NCBI GenBank assembly: GCA_963732385.1
Contig: CAVSZB010000007.1
Span: 1,056,001-1,120,000, forward strand
Length of the DNA: 64,000 nt
Direction of reading: 5' to 3'
Source: an uncultured bacterium
GTDB taxonomy: Bacteria > Krumholzibacteriota > Krumholzibacteriia > LZORAL124-64-63
Under the pieces are notes generated by a model. It saw only the letters and a program-made list of their open reading frames with translations, did no database searches and was not told the DNA's origin. The position numbers were made by a program, and so were the translations under genes. This document shows, piece after piece, positions 8,740 through 17,285 of the stretch (the first letter of the stretch is position 1; each line of letters opens with the position of its first letter).

Positions 8740-9708
8740 CTAGCCCCGCTTGCGCGCGCAGCGCCTGCCGGGACGGGAGCGGGACGCCGGCAGATCCTGG
8801 TCGCGTTCCCAGGCCAGTCGCTCCGGCGGCAGGACTGCCATCTCATCCTCGGCGGCAAAGTGGACCGTCAACTGCTCGCGCATCAGGTCGACCTTGCGCA
8901 CGATTCCCGTCCGCTCGCCGTCGCGCACCGTCGCCCCCACGCGCGGCAGGCGCGTCTGCGCCTCCCGGTAGCCGGCATGCTCATAGGCGAGGCAGCAACG
9001 CAATCGGCCGCACAGGCCCGACAGCTTCTGGGGCGAAAGCGGCAACATCTGTTCCTTGGCCATCTTCAGGGAGACAGGCACGAAATCGTCGAGAAACCCG
9101 CTGCAACAGAGCTCCCGGCCGCAGACTCCCAGCCCCCCCTTGAAGCGCGCCTCGTCGCGCACCCCGATCTGCCGCAGCTCGATGCGCGTGCGGAACACCC
9201 CGGCCAGATCCTTGACCAGATCGCGGAAATCGACCCGTTTCTCGGCGGTGAAGAAGAAGGTGATCTTGTTGTGATCGAACTGCCGTTCCGCGGAAACCAG
9301 ATCCATCTCCAGACCGAACTGCTGGATCTTCTCCCGGCAGATGTCGTAGAACTGCCATTCGTCGCCGCGGTTCTCCTGCAGCTTCGCCAGATCCGCCGGC
9401 TCCGCCAGCGCCAGCACCCCCTGCTCGCCCGCCTGCCGCCGCCAGTGCGCCTTCCCGGGACCGACGTAGGTCACCCGGCCGAGGTCCCGACCCCGGTCGG
9501 CCTCCACGATGCAGTAGTCGCCTGCACAGACCGGCACCTGCCGCCGGTTGTGATAGTACGACTTGCGGCGTCCCTTGAACTGGACGAGCACCACCGGCTC
9601 GTCGACCGACAGAGCGGACTCCGCCGCCGCTTCCCGCCGCGGCGGACGCGGGCGACGCGGGCGTTGCGGAGCATCAGGGGCCGGTTGCGGCCCGGTCCTG
9701 TTCGGCAT
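8740..9708 (-). CDS. ricT: PSP1-domain protein RicT/YaaT
   Basis: RVDFRDLVKDLA, RIELRQIGVRDEA, GVCGRELCC, KLSGLCGRLRCCL; sits downstream of holB as is usual. Confidence 0.92.
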   Translation of the reverse strand: MPNRTGPQPAPDAPQRPRRPRPPRREAAAESALSVDEPVVLVQFKGRRKSYYHNRRQVPVCAGDYCIVEADRGRDLGRVTYVGPGKAHWRRQAGEQGVLALAEPADLAKLQENRGDEWQFYDICREKIQQFGLEMDLVSAERQFDHNKITFFFTAEKRVDFRDLVKDLAGVFRTRIELRQIGVRDEARFKGGLGVCGRELCCSGFLDDFVPVSLKMAKEQMLPLSPQKLSGLCGRLRCCLAYEHAGYREAQTRLPRVGATVRDGERTGIVRKVDLMREQLTVHFAAEDEMAVLPPERLAWERDQDLPASRSRPGRRCARKRG

Positions 9709-10864
9709 TGCTGACCAGTCCTTGCAGCAGAGCGGCCATGGTGAGGCCGAGGTTCAGATTGCGATCGATGTCGCCCTTGGCCCGTTCGAGACGCGTGATG
9801 TCGTCGAGCAGGCTCCGGGTGCTGCGCCGACCGGCAAGATCGCGCAACCGCGCCGCCTTCGCGGGCCGCCGCGGCTGCCAGTCGGCACCGCGCGCCCGGC
9901 AGGCGAGCAGGTCACCATAATACAGATTGAGCATCTCGCACAACTGCAGGGCGCGCCCCCGGCGTTCCGCCAGATCGGCCGCGACCGGCGGCGCCGGCAA
10001 CGACACACCTTCATCGTCCTCCCCCTCGGGCACGATCCCCTTGTGCAGCATCTCGGCAGCCAGGTACGCGGACGAGGCGACGCCCGCGTGGATCCTCTCC
10101 AGGATCTCGCCCGCCCAGACGTACACCGCCGCCACATCCGGCTCGCACAGCGCGAGCGCCTTGCGCACGCTCCCGTCAGCCGCGCGCGCCAGCGCGGCGG
10201 CCCGGATCGGGGATTCGCCGCGGGCGGCCAGCAGCGCTGCCAGTTCCTCCTCCGGGTACGGTTCGAACCGCACCGCCTGGCAGCGGGAGACCAGCGTCGG
10301 CAGCATGGCGGCACGGTTAGAGGTCAGCAGGAGGATGAGGGCGCTCGGGGGGGGTTCTTCAAGGGTCTTGAGGAAGGCGTTCGCCGCTTCGGCCGTGAAC
10401 CGGTGGGCATTCATCACGATCGCCACCTTGAACCGCCCCTGGAACGGCTGCAGCCGCAGGAAACGCAGCAGGGCGCGCACCGTCAGCGGCGCGGGGTCGT
10501 CCACGGCGCCGATGGTGACGTCAGACGAGGCGGCGAAAGGGGGTTGGTAGAAGCAATCGTCCCGCTTGGCGGCCAGCAGTTCGGCCGTTTCGGCCTCCCC
10601 GAGGGAGGCCGGCGCAGGCCCGATCCAGCGGATGTCGGGATGCTGGAAACTGACCGCCTTGGCGCAGCTCTCGCAGAGCGGCACGGCGGCGCAGGCCGGC
10701 GAGCGGGCACAGTTGGCCAGCCGCGCCAGCTCGAGCGCGGTCACCTCCTTGCCCGACCCTTCGGGGCCATGAAAAAGGTGGGCCTGGCCGAGCGTGCCGG
10801 CATCGACAGCCTGGCGCAGGCGCGCCAGGACCGCCGCTCGCGCGGGAAAACCGATCTGTGGCAA
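9674..10864 (-). CDS. holB: DNA polymerase III subunit delta'
   Basis: AHLFHGPEGSGK, Zn-binding Cys cluster, HPDI, ANAFLKTLEEPP, TLVSRCQ. Confidence 0.93.
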   Translation of the reverse strand: MPQIGFPARAAVLARLRQAVDAGTLGQAHLFHGPEGSGKEVTALELARLANCARSPACAAVPLCESCAKAVSFQHPDIRWIGPAPASLGEAETAELLAAKRDDCFYQPPFAASSDVTIGAVDDPAPLTVRALLRFLRLQPFQGRFKVAIVMNAHRFTAEAANAFLKTLEEPPPSALILLLTSNRAAMLPTLVSRCQAVRFEPYPEEELAALLAARGESPIRAAALARAADGSVRKALALCEPDVAAVYVWAGEILERIHAGVASSAYLAAEMLHKGIVPEGEDDEGVSLPAPPVAADLAERRGRALQLCEMLNLYYGDLLACRARGADWQPRRPAKAARLRDLAGRRSTRSLLDDITRLERAKGDIDRNLNLGLTMAALLQGLVSNAEQDRAATGP

Positions 10865-10879
10865 GACAGCCCCCGTCGA

Positions 10880-12142
10880 TCAGCCGCGGGCCCGCAGCCA
10901 GGGCAGCGGGTCCACGGGCGTGCGTCCGCGCCGGATCTCGAAGTAGAGCTGGGGTTTGCCCCCGCCCTCCGGCTCGCCCACCTCGGCCACGACCTGCCCC
11001 GACGCCACCTGGTCGCCACGCGCCACGAAGACGCGGGCGGCGTGAGCGTACAGGGAGTAGAAGCCGTCGCCGTGGTCAACGATAACGCACTGGCCGTAGC
11101 CGGGCAATCGATCGACGAAAACAACCGCACCGGCGGCCACGGTCCGGACCGGAGCGCCGAGAGAGGCGCCGATGGCGATTCCGTTGTGTACGGTGACCGT
11201 TTTGAATTCCGGATGCACGGAACGTCCGAACGGTCGCAGCACCGGGCCGTCGACCGGCCACTGCAGACGGCCGGCCGCCTCGCCGAACGGCGACACTCCG
11301 GAGGGCGGAGTCGGCTCGGCCCCGCCCAGGCGACGGCTCTCGAGCGCCGACAATACGTCGGTCAGACGGCGGGCGTTGGCTTCGAGTTCGGCCAGACTCG
11401 ATTCTACCTGCCGCCGCTCCTGTCGCACCCCGCGCAGGCCCTCCTGCCGCTCCGCTTCGATCTCCTCCAGACGAGACCGCTCACGGCGCGCCTCCTCGCG
11501 GGCCTCCCAGATTCCCGACAGAGCCGCCCGCAGTTCCCCTTCCTGCGCCAGGACCGCCGTGCTCTGCTCGCGCGTGCGATCGAGCAGCCGGCGGTCGAGA
11601 CGGGACATCAGCGTGGCGTACTTCAGACGCGCCACAAGCGCCGTGTAGCTGTTCGCAGTGAGAACCGCCTCGAGGTCGCTGCGCGGTCCCCGCACATAGA
11701 GCGCACGCAGACGCCGCGCCAGATCGGTCCGGCGCCGGCCGAATTCCGTCTGATGGCGCGCCAGTTCGGCGCTCAGGGTGTCGCTGCGCTGCTGCAGGAT
11801 CCGTTCGCGGGCGTCGAGATTGCCAAGCAGGGTGCGGACGAGACCGACCTCTTCCTCGATGTTGCGCAACCGCGCCGCGGCATCGCGTTCGCGGTCGGCC
11901 AGCGCGGCCGCGCGTTCCCGGTGGACCTGGATGCGCTCGCGCAGCGCGGCGAGCTGCCGGGAGCTCTCCTCCACTTCGCGCTCGCTGACCGGAGCCGTCG
12001 GTCCCGACGCCGGTCCCGGCGCCTGCGCCCACGAACGCGCGCCGACCGAGAGGATCAACAACAGCGCGGCGGCGACCGCGGCCACGGCCGTCGTCGATCG
12101 GCAGCGACCGGCGGCGCTCACGCCAGGGCCGGACAGACGCAC
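10880..12142 (-). CDS. envC: EnvC-like murein hydrolase activator (coiled coil plus degenerate M23 domain)
   Basis: Signal peptide, long coiled coil, WPVDG, HNGIAI, SLYAH, LYFEIR; follows ftsEX. Confidence 0.88.
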   Translation of the reverse strand: MRLSGPGVSAAGRCRSTTAVAAVAAALLLILSVGARSWAQAPGPASGPTAPVSEREVEESSRQLAALRERIQVHRERAAALADRERDAAARLRNIEEEVGLVRTLLGNLDARERILQQRSDTLSAELARHQTEFGRRRTDLARRLRALYVRGPRSDLEAVLTANSYTALVARLKYATLMSRLDRRLLDRTREQSTAVLAQEGELRAALSGIWEAREEARRERSRLEEIEAERQEGLRGVRQERRQVESSLAELEANARRLTDVLSALESRRLGGAEPTPPSGVSPFGEAAGRLQWPVDGPVLRPFGRSVHPEFKTVTVHNGIAIGASLGAPVRTVAAGAVVFVDRLPGYGQCVIVDHGDGFYSLYAHAARVFVARGDQVASGQVVAEVGEPEGGGKPQLYFEIRRGRTPVDPLPWLRARG

Positions 12143-12151
12143 AGGATCCTC

Positions 12152-13033
12152 CTAGAGGCGCAGATACTTGTGCAGGGCCGCCCAGCTCCCGATCAGGCCC
12201 AGCCCGACGCAGAAGACCACGAAACCGGCGATCTGGCCCGGCGCGAAGAAGAGCAGGCCGGCGATCTGCGGGCGCAGGATCTCGTGGGCGACGATCAGGA
12301 CGGTCATCGCCAGCAGACCGCCGAGCAGCCCCTCCAGCGCCCCCTCGAACAGGAACGGCGTGCGGATGAAGGCGTTGGTGGCCCCCACCTGTTTCATGAT
12401 CTCGACCGCGCGCGCCGACGAGGCCACCGTCAACTTGACCGTGTTCGAGATGACGAACACCGCGGATACGAAGACCACCAGACCGACGATCAGCGTGGCG
12501 GTGGCGAATACGTTCTGCCAGCGATCGAGCAGCCGCGACCACTCCTCGCTGAAAGCCACCTCGGCCACGCCCGGCCAGCGCCGGATGTCCTCCGCCACGT
12601 TCCGCTGGCTGCCGGAAGCCAAAGCCGCGTCCGTGAGGATGACATGGAACGAGGCCGGCAGCGGATTTTCCTCGAGCGCGTCGAGCAACTCGGTCTGATC
12701 CCCCAGCTCACGACGGAACTCCGCCAGCGCCGCCTCCTTCGAGACGTAGTCGACCCGTTTGACACCGGGCAACCCGGTCAGGTGACGATGCAGCGCGGAG
12801 GCGTCGGCGTCGCTCATGCTGTCGTCGAGGAATACGCGCACGTCGATGCCGGTGCGCGCGCGTTCGAGCAGCGCGCCGATGTTGATCGTGATGATCGAAA
12901 ACAGGGCCAGCACCAGCAGCGCCGACCCCATGATCAGAATCGTGACGCCGGTGGTCAACTTCCGGCGCCGGAAGCCGGCGACCGACTCCCGGAGGACATA
13001 GCCGGTCTGGGTGCGGTTAAACAGGGGAACCAC
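12152..13033 (-). CDS. ftsX: Cell division permease FtsX
   Basis: YVSKEAAL, NPLPAS, ISNTVKL, IMKQVGATNAFIRTPFLFEG. Start uncertain (GTG 13033 or CTG 13024). Confidence 0.93.
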   Translation of the reverse strand: MVPLFNRTQTGYVLRESVAGFRRRKLTTGVTILIMGSALLVLALFSIITINIGALLERARTGIDVRVFLDDSMSDADASALHRHLTGLPGVKRVDYVSKEAALAEFRRELGDQTELLDALEENPLPASFHVILTDAALASGSQRNVAEDIRRWPGVAEVAFSEEWSRLLDRWQNVFATATLIVGLVVFVSAVFVISNTVKLTVASSARAVEIMKQVGATNAFIRTPFLFEGALEGLLGGLLAMTVLIVAHEILRPQIAGLLFFAPGQIAGFVVFCVGLGLIGSWAALHKYLRL

Positions 13034-13880
13034 CTCCCGGCGTGGTGTCGGCCGGCGCCGCTGCGGCGGCCGCGTCTGCCGCCTGGCGCTCCGCGCGCCG
13101 CTCACGCTCGACGACCTCCCGCGGGCGATACATGCGATCGGTAAGGCGGGAGGTGCGCCGATCGGCCAGGTAGCGTTCCTCGTCCGATACCAGCCGCCCC
13201 GCCTCGAGCACCAGCACTCGCTGGCCGAAGGTCTTGACGATTTCGTGATCGTGGGTGCTGAACAGGACGCAGGTGCCCGCCTCGTTGATCCGGAACAACA
13301 GATCCACGATCTCCTGGGCCACCGCCGGATCGAGATTGCCGGTCGGCTCGTCGGCCAGCAGGATCTTGGGACTGTTGACGATGGCGCGCGCGATCGCCAC
13401 GCGCTGCTGTTCGCCCCCGGAAAGGGTCTGCGGCCGCTGCTCCCGCTTGGACCACAGTCCCACCTGCGTCAGGGCGCGGGTGACGTTGCGCTTGATCTCC
13501 GCCCCAGGCACCCCCACCACGAGTTGGGCGAAGGCGACGTTGGCGAAGACGCTGCGATCTTCAAGCAGGCGGAAATCCTGGAATACGAAGCCGATCTCGC
13601 GCCGCAGGCGGGGGATCAGCCGTCGGTTCATGCGCGTGGCGATCATGCCGCGCACGATGATCTGGCCGTTCGTCGGGAAGGCGTCCATGGTGATCAGTCG
13701 CAGGATGCTGCTCTTGCCGGCGCCGCTCGGGCCGGTGATGCAGACGAATTCCCCGTTGGCAAGGTTGAAGGAAACCTCTTCAAGAGCCTTCGTCCGACCG
13801 TACGCCAGCTCGACATGGTGGAAGGATACGATCGTCCGCGGATCGAGCGGGCCCTTGAGGAACTGACTGTCGGCTTTCAC
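13017..13880 (-). CDS. ftsE: Cell division ATP-binding protein FtsE
   Basis: GPSGAGKS, VFQDFRLL, LSGGEQQRVAIARA, LLADEPTGNLD. Confidence 0.95.
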   Translation of the reverse strand: MKADSQFLKGPLDPRTIVSFHHVELAYGRTKALEEVSFNLANGEFVCITGPSGAGKSSILRLITMDAFPTNGQIIVRGMIATRMNRRLIPRLRREIGFVFQDFRLLEDRSVFANVAFAQLVVGVPGAEIKRNVTRALTQVGLWSKREQRPQTLSGGEQQRVAIARAIVNSPKILLADEPTGNLDPAVAQEIVDLLFRINEAGTCVLFSTHDHEIVKTFGQRVLVLEAGRLVSDEERYLADRRTSRLTDRMYRPREVVERERRAERQAADAAAAAAPADTTPGGGSPV

Positions 13881-13993
13881 CTGCGTTGAGCCTCCGTGCC
13901 GCGCGCCCCGCGCCCTCCTGGCGCAACCTGCCCGGGCTTGCCGGTCCGCGTGGCTCCGGCAGGCATGCAGGACTCGTGCCCGTCTCGGCCGTC

Positions 13994-15382
13994 TCAGCCC
14001 TTCAACTGGACGTAGAAACGCTCCCGCAGACCGGCCACGTACCGGGCAAGCTCCACCTGGAGCTTCTCCGACTCCACGGCCCGGCGCACGTTGTCATGCA
14101 CCTCTTCGTATGTCGGCAGGCGTCCCGGCCGCCGCGCCCGTACCTCGAAGATATAGAATCCGGCGGGGGTCTGGACCGGATCGGTCACCTGTCCGGGCAG
14201 GCGTCCGGAGAGTGCCTCCTGAAAACGGGCCGAAAGGTCATCGACCGGGAAAGTGCCGAGCGCGCCACCACGGGCCGCGCTCGGTTCGGCGGAGACCTCG
14301 GCGGCCACTGTCGCGAAAGCCTCGCCGGCCAGCAGCCGGGCATGCGCGGCGTCGGCGCGGGCACGGGCCGCGTCCACATCGGCCGCCGCGACCTGGAGCG
14401 GGAAGAAAATCTGGCTGACGAGGCGCCCCTCGCCCTCGACCGCGTCGACATGCATGACGTGCAGACCACGCTCGGTCACGATGGGCCGACTCGTCTCGCC
14501 CGGACCCAGGGCGAACACCGTCTCCTCGAGTCGCCGGTCGTACAGGTCTCCCCGCCTGAGCTTGCCGAGACTGCCGCCCCGCTCCCGGCCGGGCCCCTCC
14601 GTGTGACGGGCGGCGACCTCGGCGAAGGGGCGGCCGGCGCCCAGCTCCTGCATGACGCCGCCCAGCTTGCGCTGGAGGTCGCGCTGCGCCTCTTCGGAAG
14701 GCTGAATCGGCACGAGAATGCTGCCGAGCGTAACGCTGTCGGGCGCCGCGCCGATCTCGGCCTGGTGCGCCGCGTAGTAGGCTGCGACCTCGTCTTCCCG
14801 TACCTCGATCCCGCTGCGCACGAAACGGTTGACCACGGCCGACATGAAGCGCCGGTCCCGCAGTTGCGCCGTCGTCCGTGCGCGGTAGTCGGCCAGGTTC
14901 ATGCCGCTGCGTTCGAGTTCGCTCTCGAGGGCTTCCTGCGAGCCGAAATGACGCACCAGTTCCGCGATGTTCGACTCCACATCCTCCTGGACCGCCGCGT
15001 CCTCCACCTCGATTTCCGCCTCCCGCGCGGCCGCGATCATCAGCTTGCTCTCGATCAGCCGATCGAGAACCTCCTGGCGGGTGCCCGCTTCGTCGCCGGT
15101 GTCCGTGTCGCCGCTCCCCTGGGTCCGCTCCAGCCTGTACAGCGCGATTTCGCGCTCGAGCTCGCTCATGAGCACCGGTTCCTCATCCACGATGGCGATC
15201 ACGCGGTCGAGCAGGACCGGTCCGGAGGGGAGTGCGCTGACGCCGGGGGCGACCGCCGCCGCGGGCGGTTCCTGAGCACGCGCGGTGCCCGCGGGAGCGA
15301 GCGGAACCGACAACAGCCCGGCCAGCGCGGCGGCACCGGCGACGCACCCGACGGCGCGGAGCTGCAGGCTGTTCATACGCAT
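13994..15382 (-). CDS. surA: SurA-like periplasmic chaperone/parvulin PPIase
   Basis: LDRVIAIVDEEPVL N-domain and two parvulin repeats (FAEVAARH...GGSLG; FATVAAEVS...GGALG); GGAGG RBS. Confidence 0.85.
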   Translation of the reverse strand: MRMNSLQLRAVGCVAGAAALAGLLSVPLAPAGTARAQEPPAAAVAPGVSALPSGPVLLDRVIAIVDEEPVLMSELEREIALYRLERTQGSGDTDTGDEAGTRQEVLDRLIESKLMIAAAREAEIEVEDAAVQEDVESNIAELVRHFGSQEALESELERSGMNLADYRARTTAQLRDRRFMSAVVNRFVRSGIEVREDEVAAYYAAHQAEIGAAPDSVTLGSILVPIQPSEEAQRDLQRKLGGVMQELGAGRPFAEVAARHTEGPGRERGGSLGKLRRGDLYDRRLEETVFALGPGETSRPIVTERGLHVMHVDAVEGEGRLVSQIFFPLQVAAADVDAARARADAAHARLLAGEAFATVAAEVSAEPSAARGGALGTFPVDDLSARFQEALSGRLPGQVTDPVQTPAGFYIFEVRARRPGRLPTYEEVHDNVRRAVESEKLQVELARYVAGLRERFYVQLKG

Positions 15383-15449
15383 GACCGTACGCCTCCGGCG
15401 GGGGAACGGAAATAAGGACGCCGGGGCCGCAGCCCCGGCGCCCGGAAAA

Positions 15450-17285
15450 TCACTTCGCCACCGGCTTGCCGGTCGGGTTTTCAACCGGCGGCAAGGAGGT
15501 CAACTGCACCCAGGAGCGAGCCTTGTCGAGCCGGCGGGCGTGGACCTTCACCGGGAACTGCTGGCGCCACTCCGCGAGCATCTGCTGCAGCTTCTCCTCC
15601 TGGTGGCGCCGATTCAGGAAATCGCCCACTTCGTTGGCGACTTCGTCCAGCTCGCGCGCACGCGGCGCCACGATGCTGTCGACACGGGCGACCGCCCAGG
15701 CTCGACCGAACTTGAAGACGGCCGACAGATCTCCCCGCGCCACCGCGAAGATCGGCTTGACATGCGAGCCCTCCGCGTTGGCGAGCACCGGACCGTAGTT
15801 GCCGCGATTCTGCCTGTTGGTCTGGTCGCTCGACCAGCGATTAAGCAACTCATCCCATGGCTTGCCGGCCGCCGCCTCGGTTCGTACCTGCTCGGCGATC
15901 TGTTCGCTCTCACAGAGAATGATTTTGCCGTAGCGCTGTTCCGGCAGGTCCAACTGGGCCCGGTTGTCGCGCCAGTAGGACGCCACCTCCTCCGGCGACA
16001 CCGACATGTCCTCCGGCACAACCTGATCGTGCAGGCGAGTGACGAGCATCTGCTCGCGCTTCTCGTTGACGAACGCATCGACACGCGAATCGTCCAGAAA
16101 ACCGCGCTCCCTGGCCTCCTCCTTCAGCAACTGCTGCTCGACAACCTGGGTGATTTTGAACCTGACCCCCCCCAGGAGTTCGGTGCGCTTGGGCCGCTCG
16201 AAGACGTTCAGCTTGTCGTAAAACTGTTTGTAGTCGCCCACCGTCCACGTTTCGAGCTTGTTATCGCGGCGCACCTGATAGAGAAACTTGTCGAAGTCTC
16301 CGAGCGGGATGTTGAGCGGCTTGAGCTCCTCGCGCGGGGTCGGTTTGTTGGTCGCGGGATCGATCATGACCTCGCTCTCCGGCAAACCCTGGAAAACGAT
16401 CCAGAGCCCCGTCTCATCCAGCTTGAAGTCGTGCTTGCGCCGGCTATCCTCGAAGAACGTGCGCTGCGCGAGGTTCATCTTGCGGTTCCGAATGCTGTTG
16501 AGAACCTTCTCCTTGAACTCCCCCTCGAGGGGCTGCACCCGCACCGTATCGAGACGATCCACCCGCACCAGCCAATAGCCGTACACGGAGAGGTAGGGCT
16601 GGCTGATCTCCCCCTGCTTGAGGCTCCAGATGGCCCGCTCGAACGAGTCATCCATCCGACCCCACTGAAATTCGACCGTATAGTCGCCGGCCGGACCGCG
16701 GGAGCCATCGTTGTACTCGTCCGCCACGTCCTCCCACGGCTTCCCGGCGACGATCTCCTGGCGCGCCTTCAAAGCGTCATCGAGGAAATTGCAGATGATG
16801 AAGCTGCACTTCCGCTTGGTTTGCAGGTTGGCATAGTAATCGGCAAGTTCCGCGTCGGAAATCTGGCTGCCTGTCTTCTCGATCAGATCTTCTTTCATGA
16901 CCTTGGTCGCCATGTATTCCCGCAGCGCCTTGGCGCCCTGGGAGACCTGCTGATCGGCACCCAGGCCGAGATCCTCCGCTTTCAGGGCCATGAGCTCTTT
17001 GTTGATGATCACATTGAGAAAGGCGAGCCGACCCTCGGGCGTGGCGGTATCGACGAGCTGACCCTTGTCATCGCGCGGCAGATCAATCTCCTGCAGCTTC
17101 GCGAGATTGCGTTCGTAATCGGCCTGGGTCACCGACTTGGGACCGACAGTGGCGACCACGTTCTTCTCAGGCGACCTGCTGCACCCCCCTCCCGCCAGCG
17201 CGAGCAGGGCAACGAGCACGAGCAGGGTCAGCCGGACGGCAAAGGTGGACCGACCAGCCTGCGGATTCACTCGGCATACAGTCAT
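15450..17285 (-). CDS. Lipoprotein with two PpiC/parvulin domains
   Basis: Lipobox LAGGG-C; WEDVADEY...GEISQPYLSVYGYWLVRV and a second similar repeat; ATGA overlap with the mfd stop. Confidence 0.85.
   Translation of the reverse strand: MTVCRVNPQAGRSTFAVRLTLLVLVALLALAGGGCSRSPEKNVVATVGPKSVTQADYERNLAKLQEIDLPRDDKGQLVDTATPEGRLAFLNVIINKELMALKAEDLGLGADQQVSQGAKALREYMATKVMKEDLIEKTGSQISDAELADYYANLQTKRKCSFIICNFLDDALKARQEIVAGKPWEDVADEYNDGSRGPAGDYTVEFQWGRMDDSFERAIWSLKQGEISQPYLSVYGYWLVRVDRLDTVRVQPLEGEFKEKVLNSIRNRKMNLAQRTFFEDSRRKHDFKLDETGLWIVFQGLPESEVMIDPATNKPTPREELKPLNIPLGDFDKFLYQVRRDNKLETWTVGDYKQFYDKLNVFERPKRTELLGGVRFKITQVVEQQLLKEEARERGFLDDSRVDAFVNEKREQMLVTRLHDQVVPEDMSVSPEEVASYWRDNRAQLDLPEQRYGKIILCESEQIAEQVRTEAAAGKPWDELLNRWSSDQTNRQNRGNYGPVLANAEGSHVKPIFAVARGDLSAVFKFGRAWAVARVDSIVAPRARELDEVANEVGDFLNRRHQEEKLQQMLAEWRQQFPVKVHARRLDKARSWVQLTSLPPVENPTGKPVAK

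Noticed and set aside
9563..13144. 1193-aa plus-strand ORF, and similar long ORFs such as 17351-20848, 23414-26515 and 54616-57342
   Set aside because: These are antisense shadows of well-supported genes, expected in high-GC DNA, and contain no recognisable motifs.
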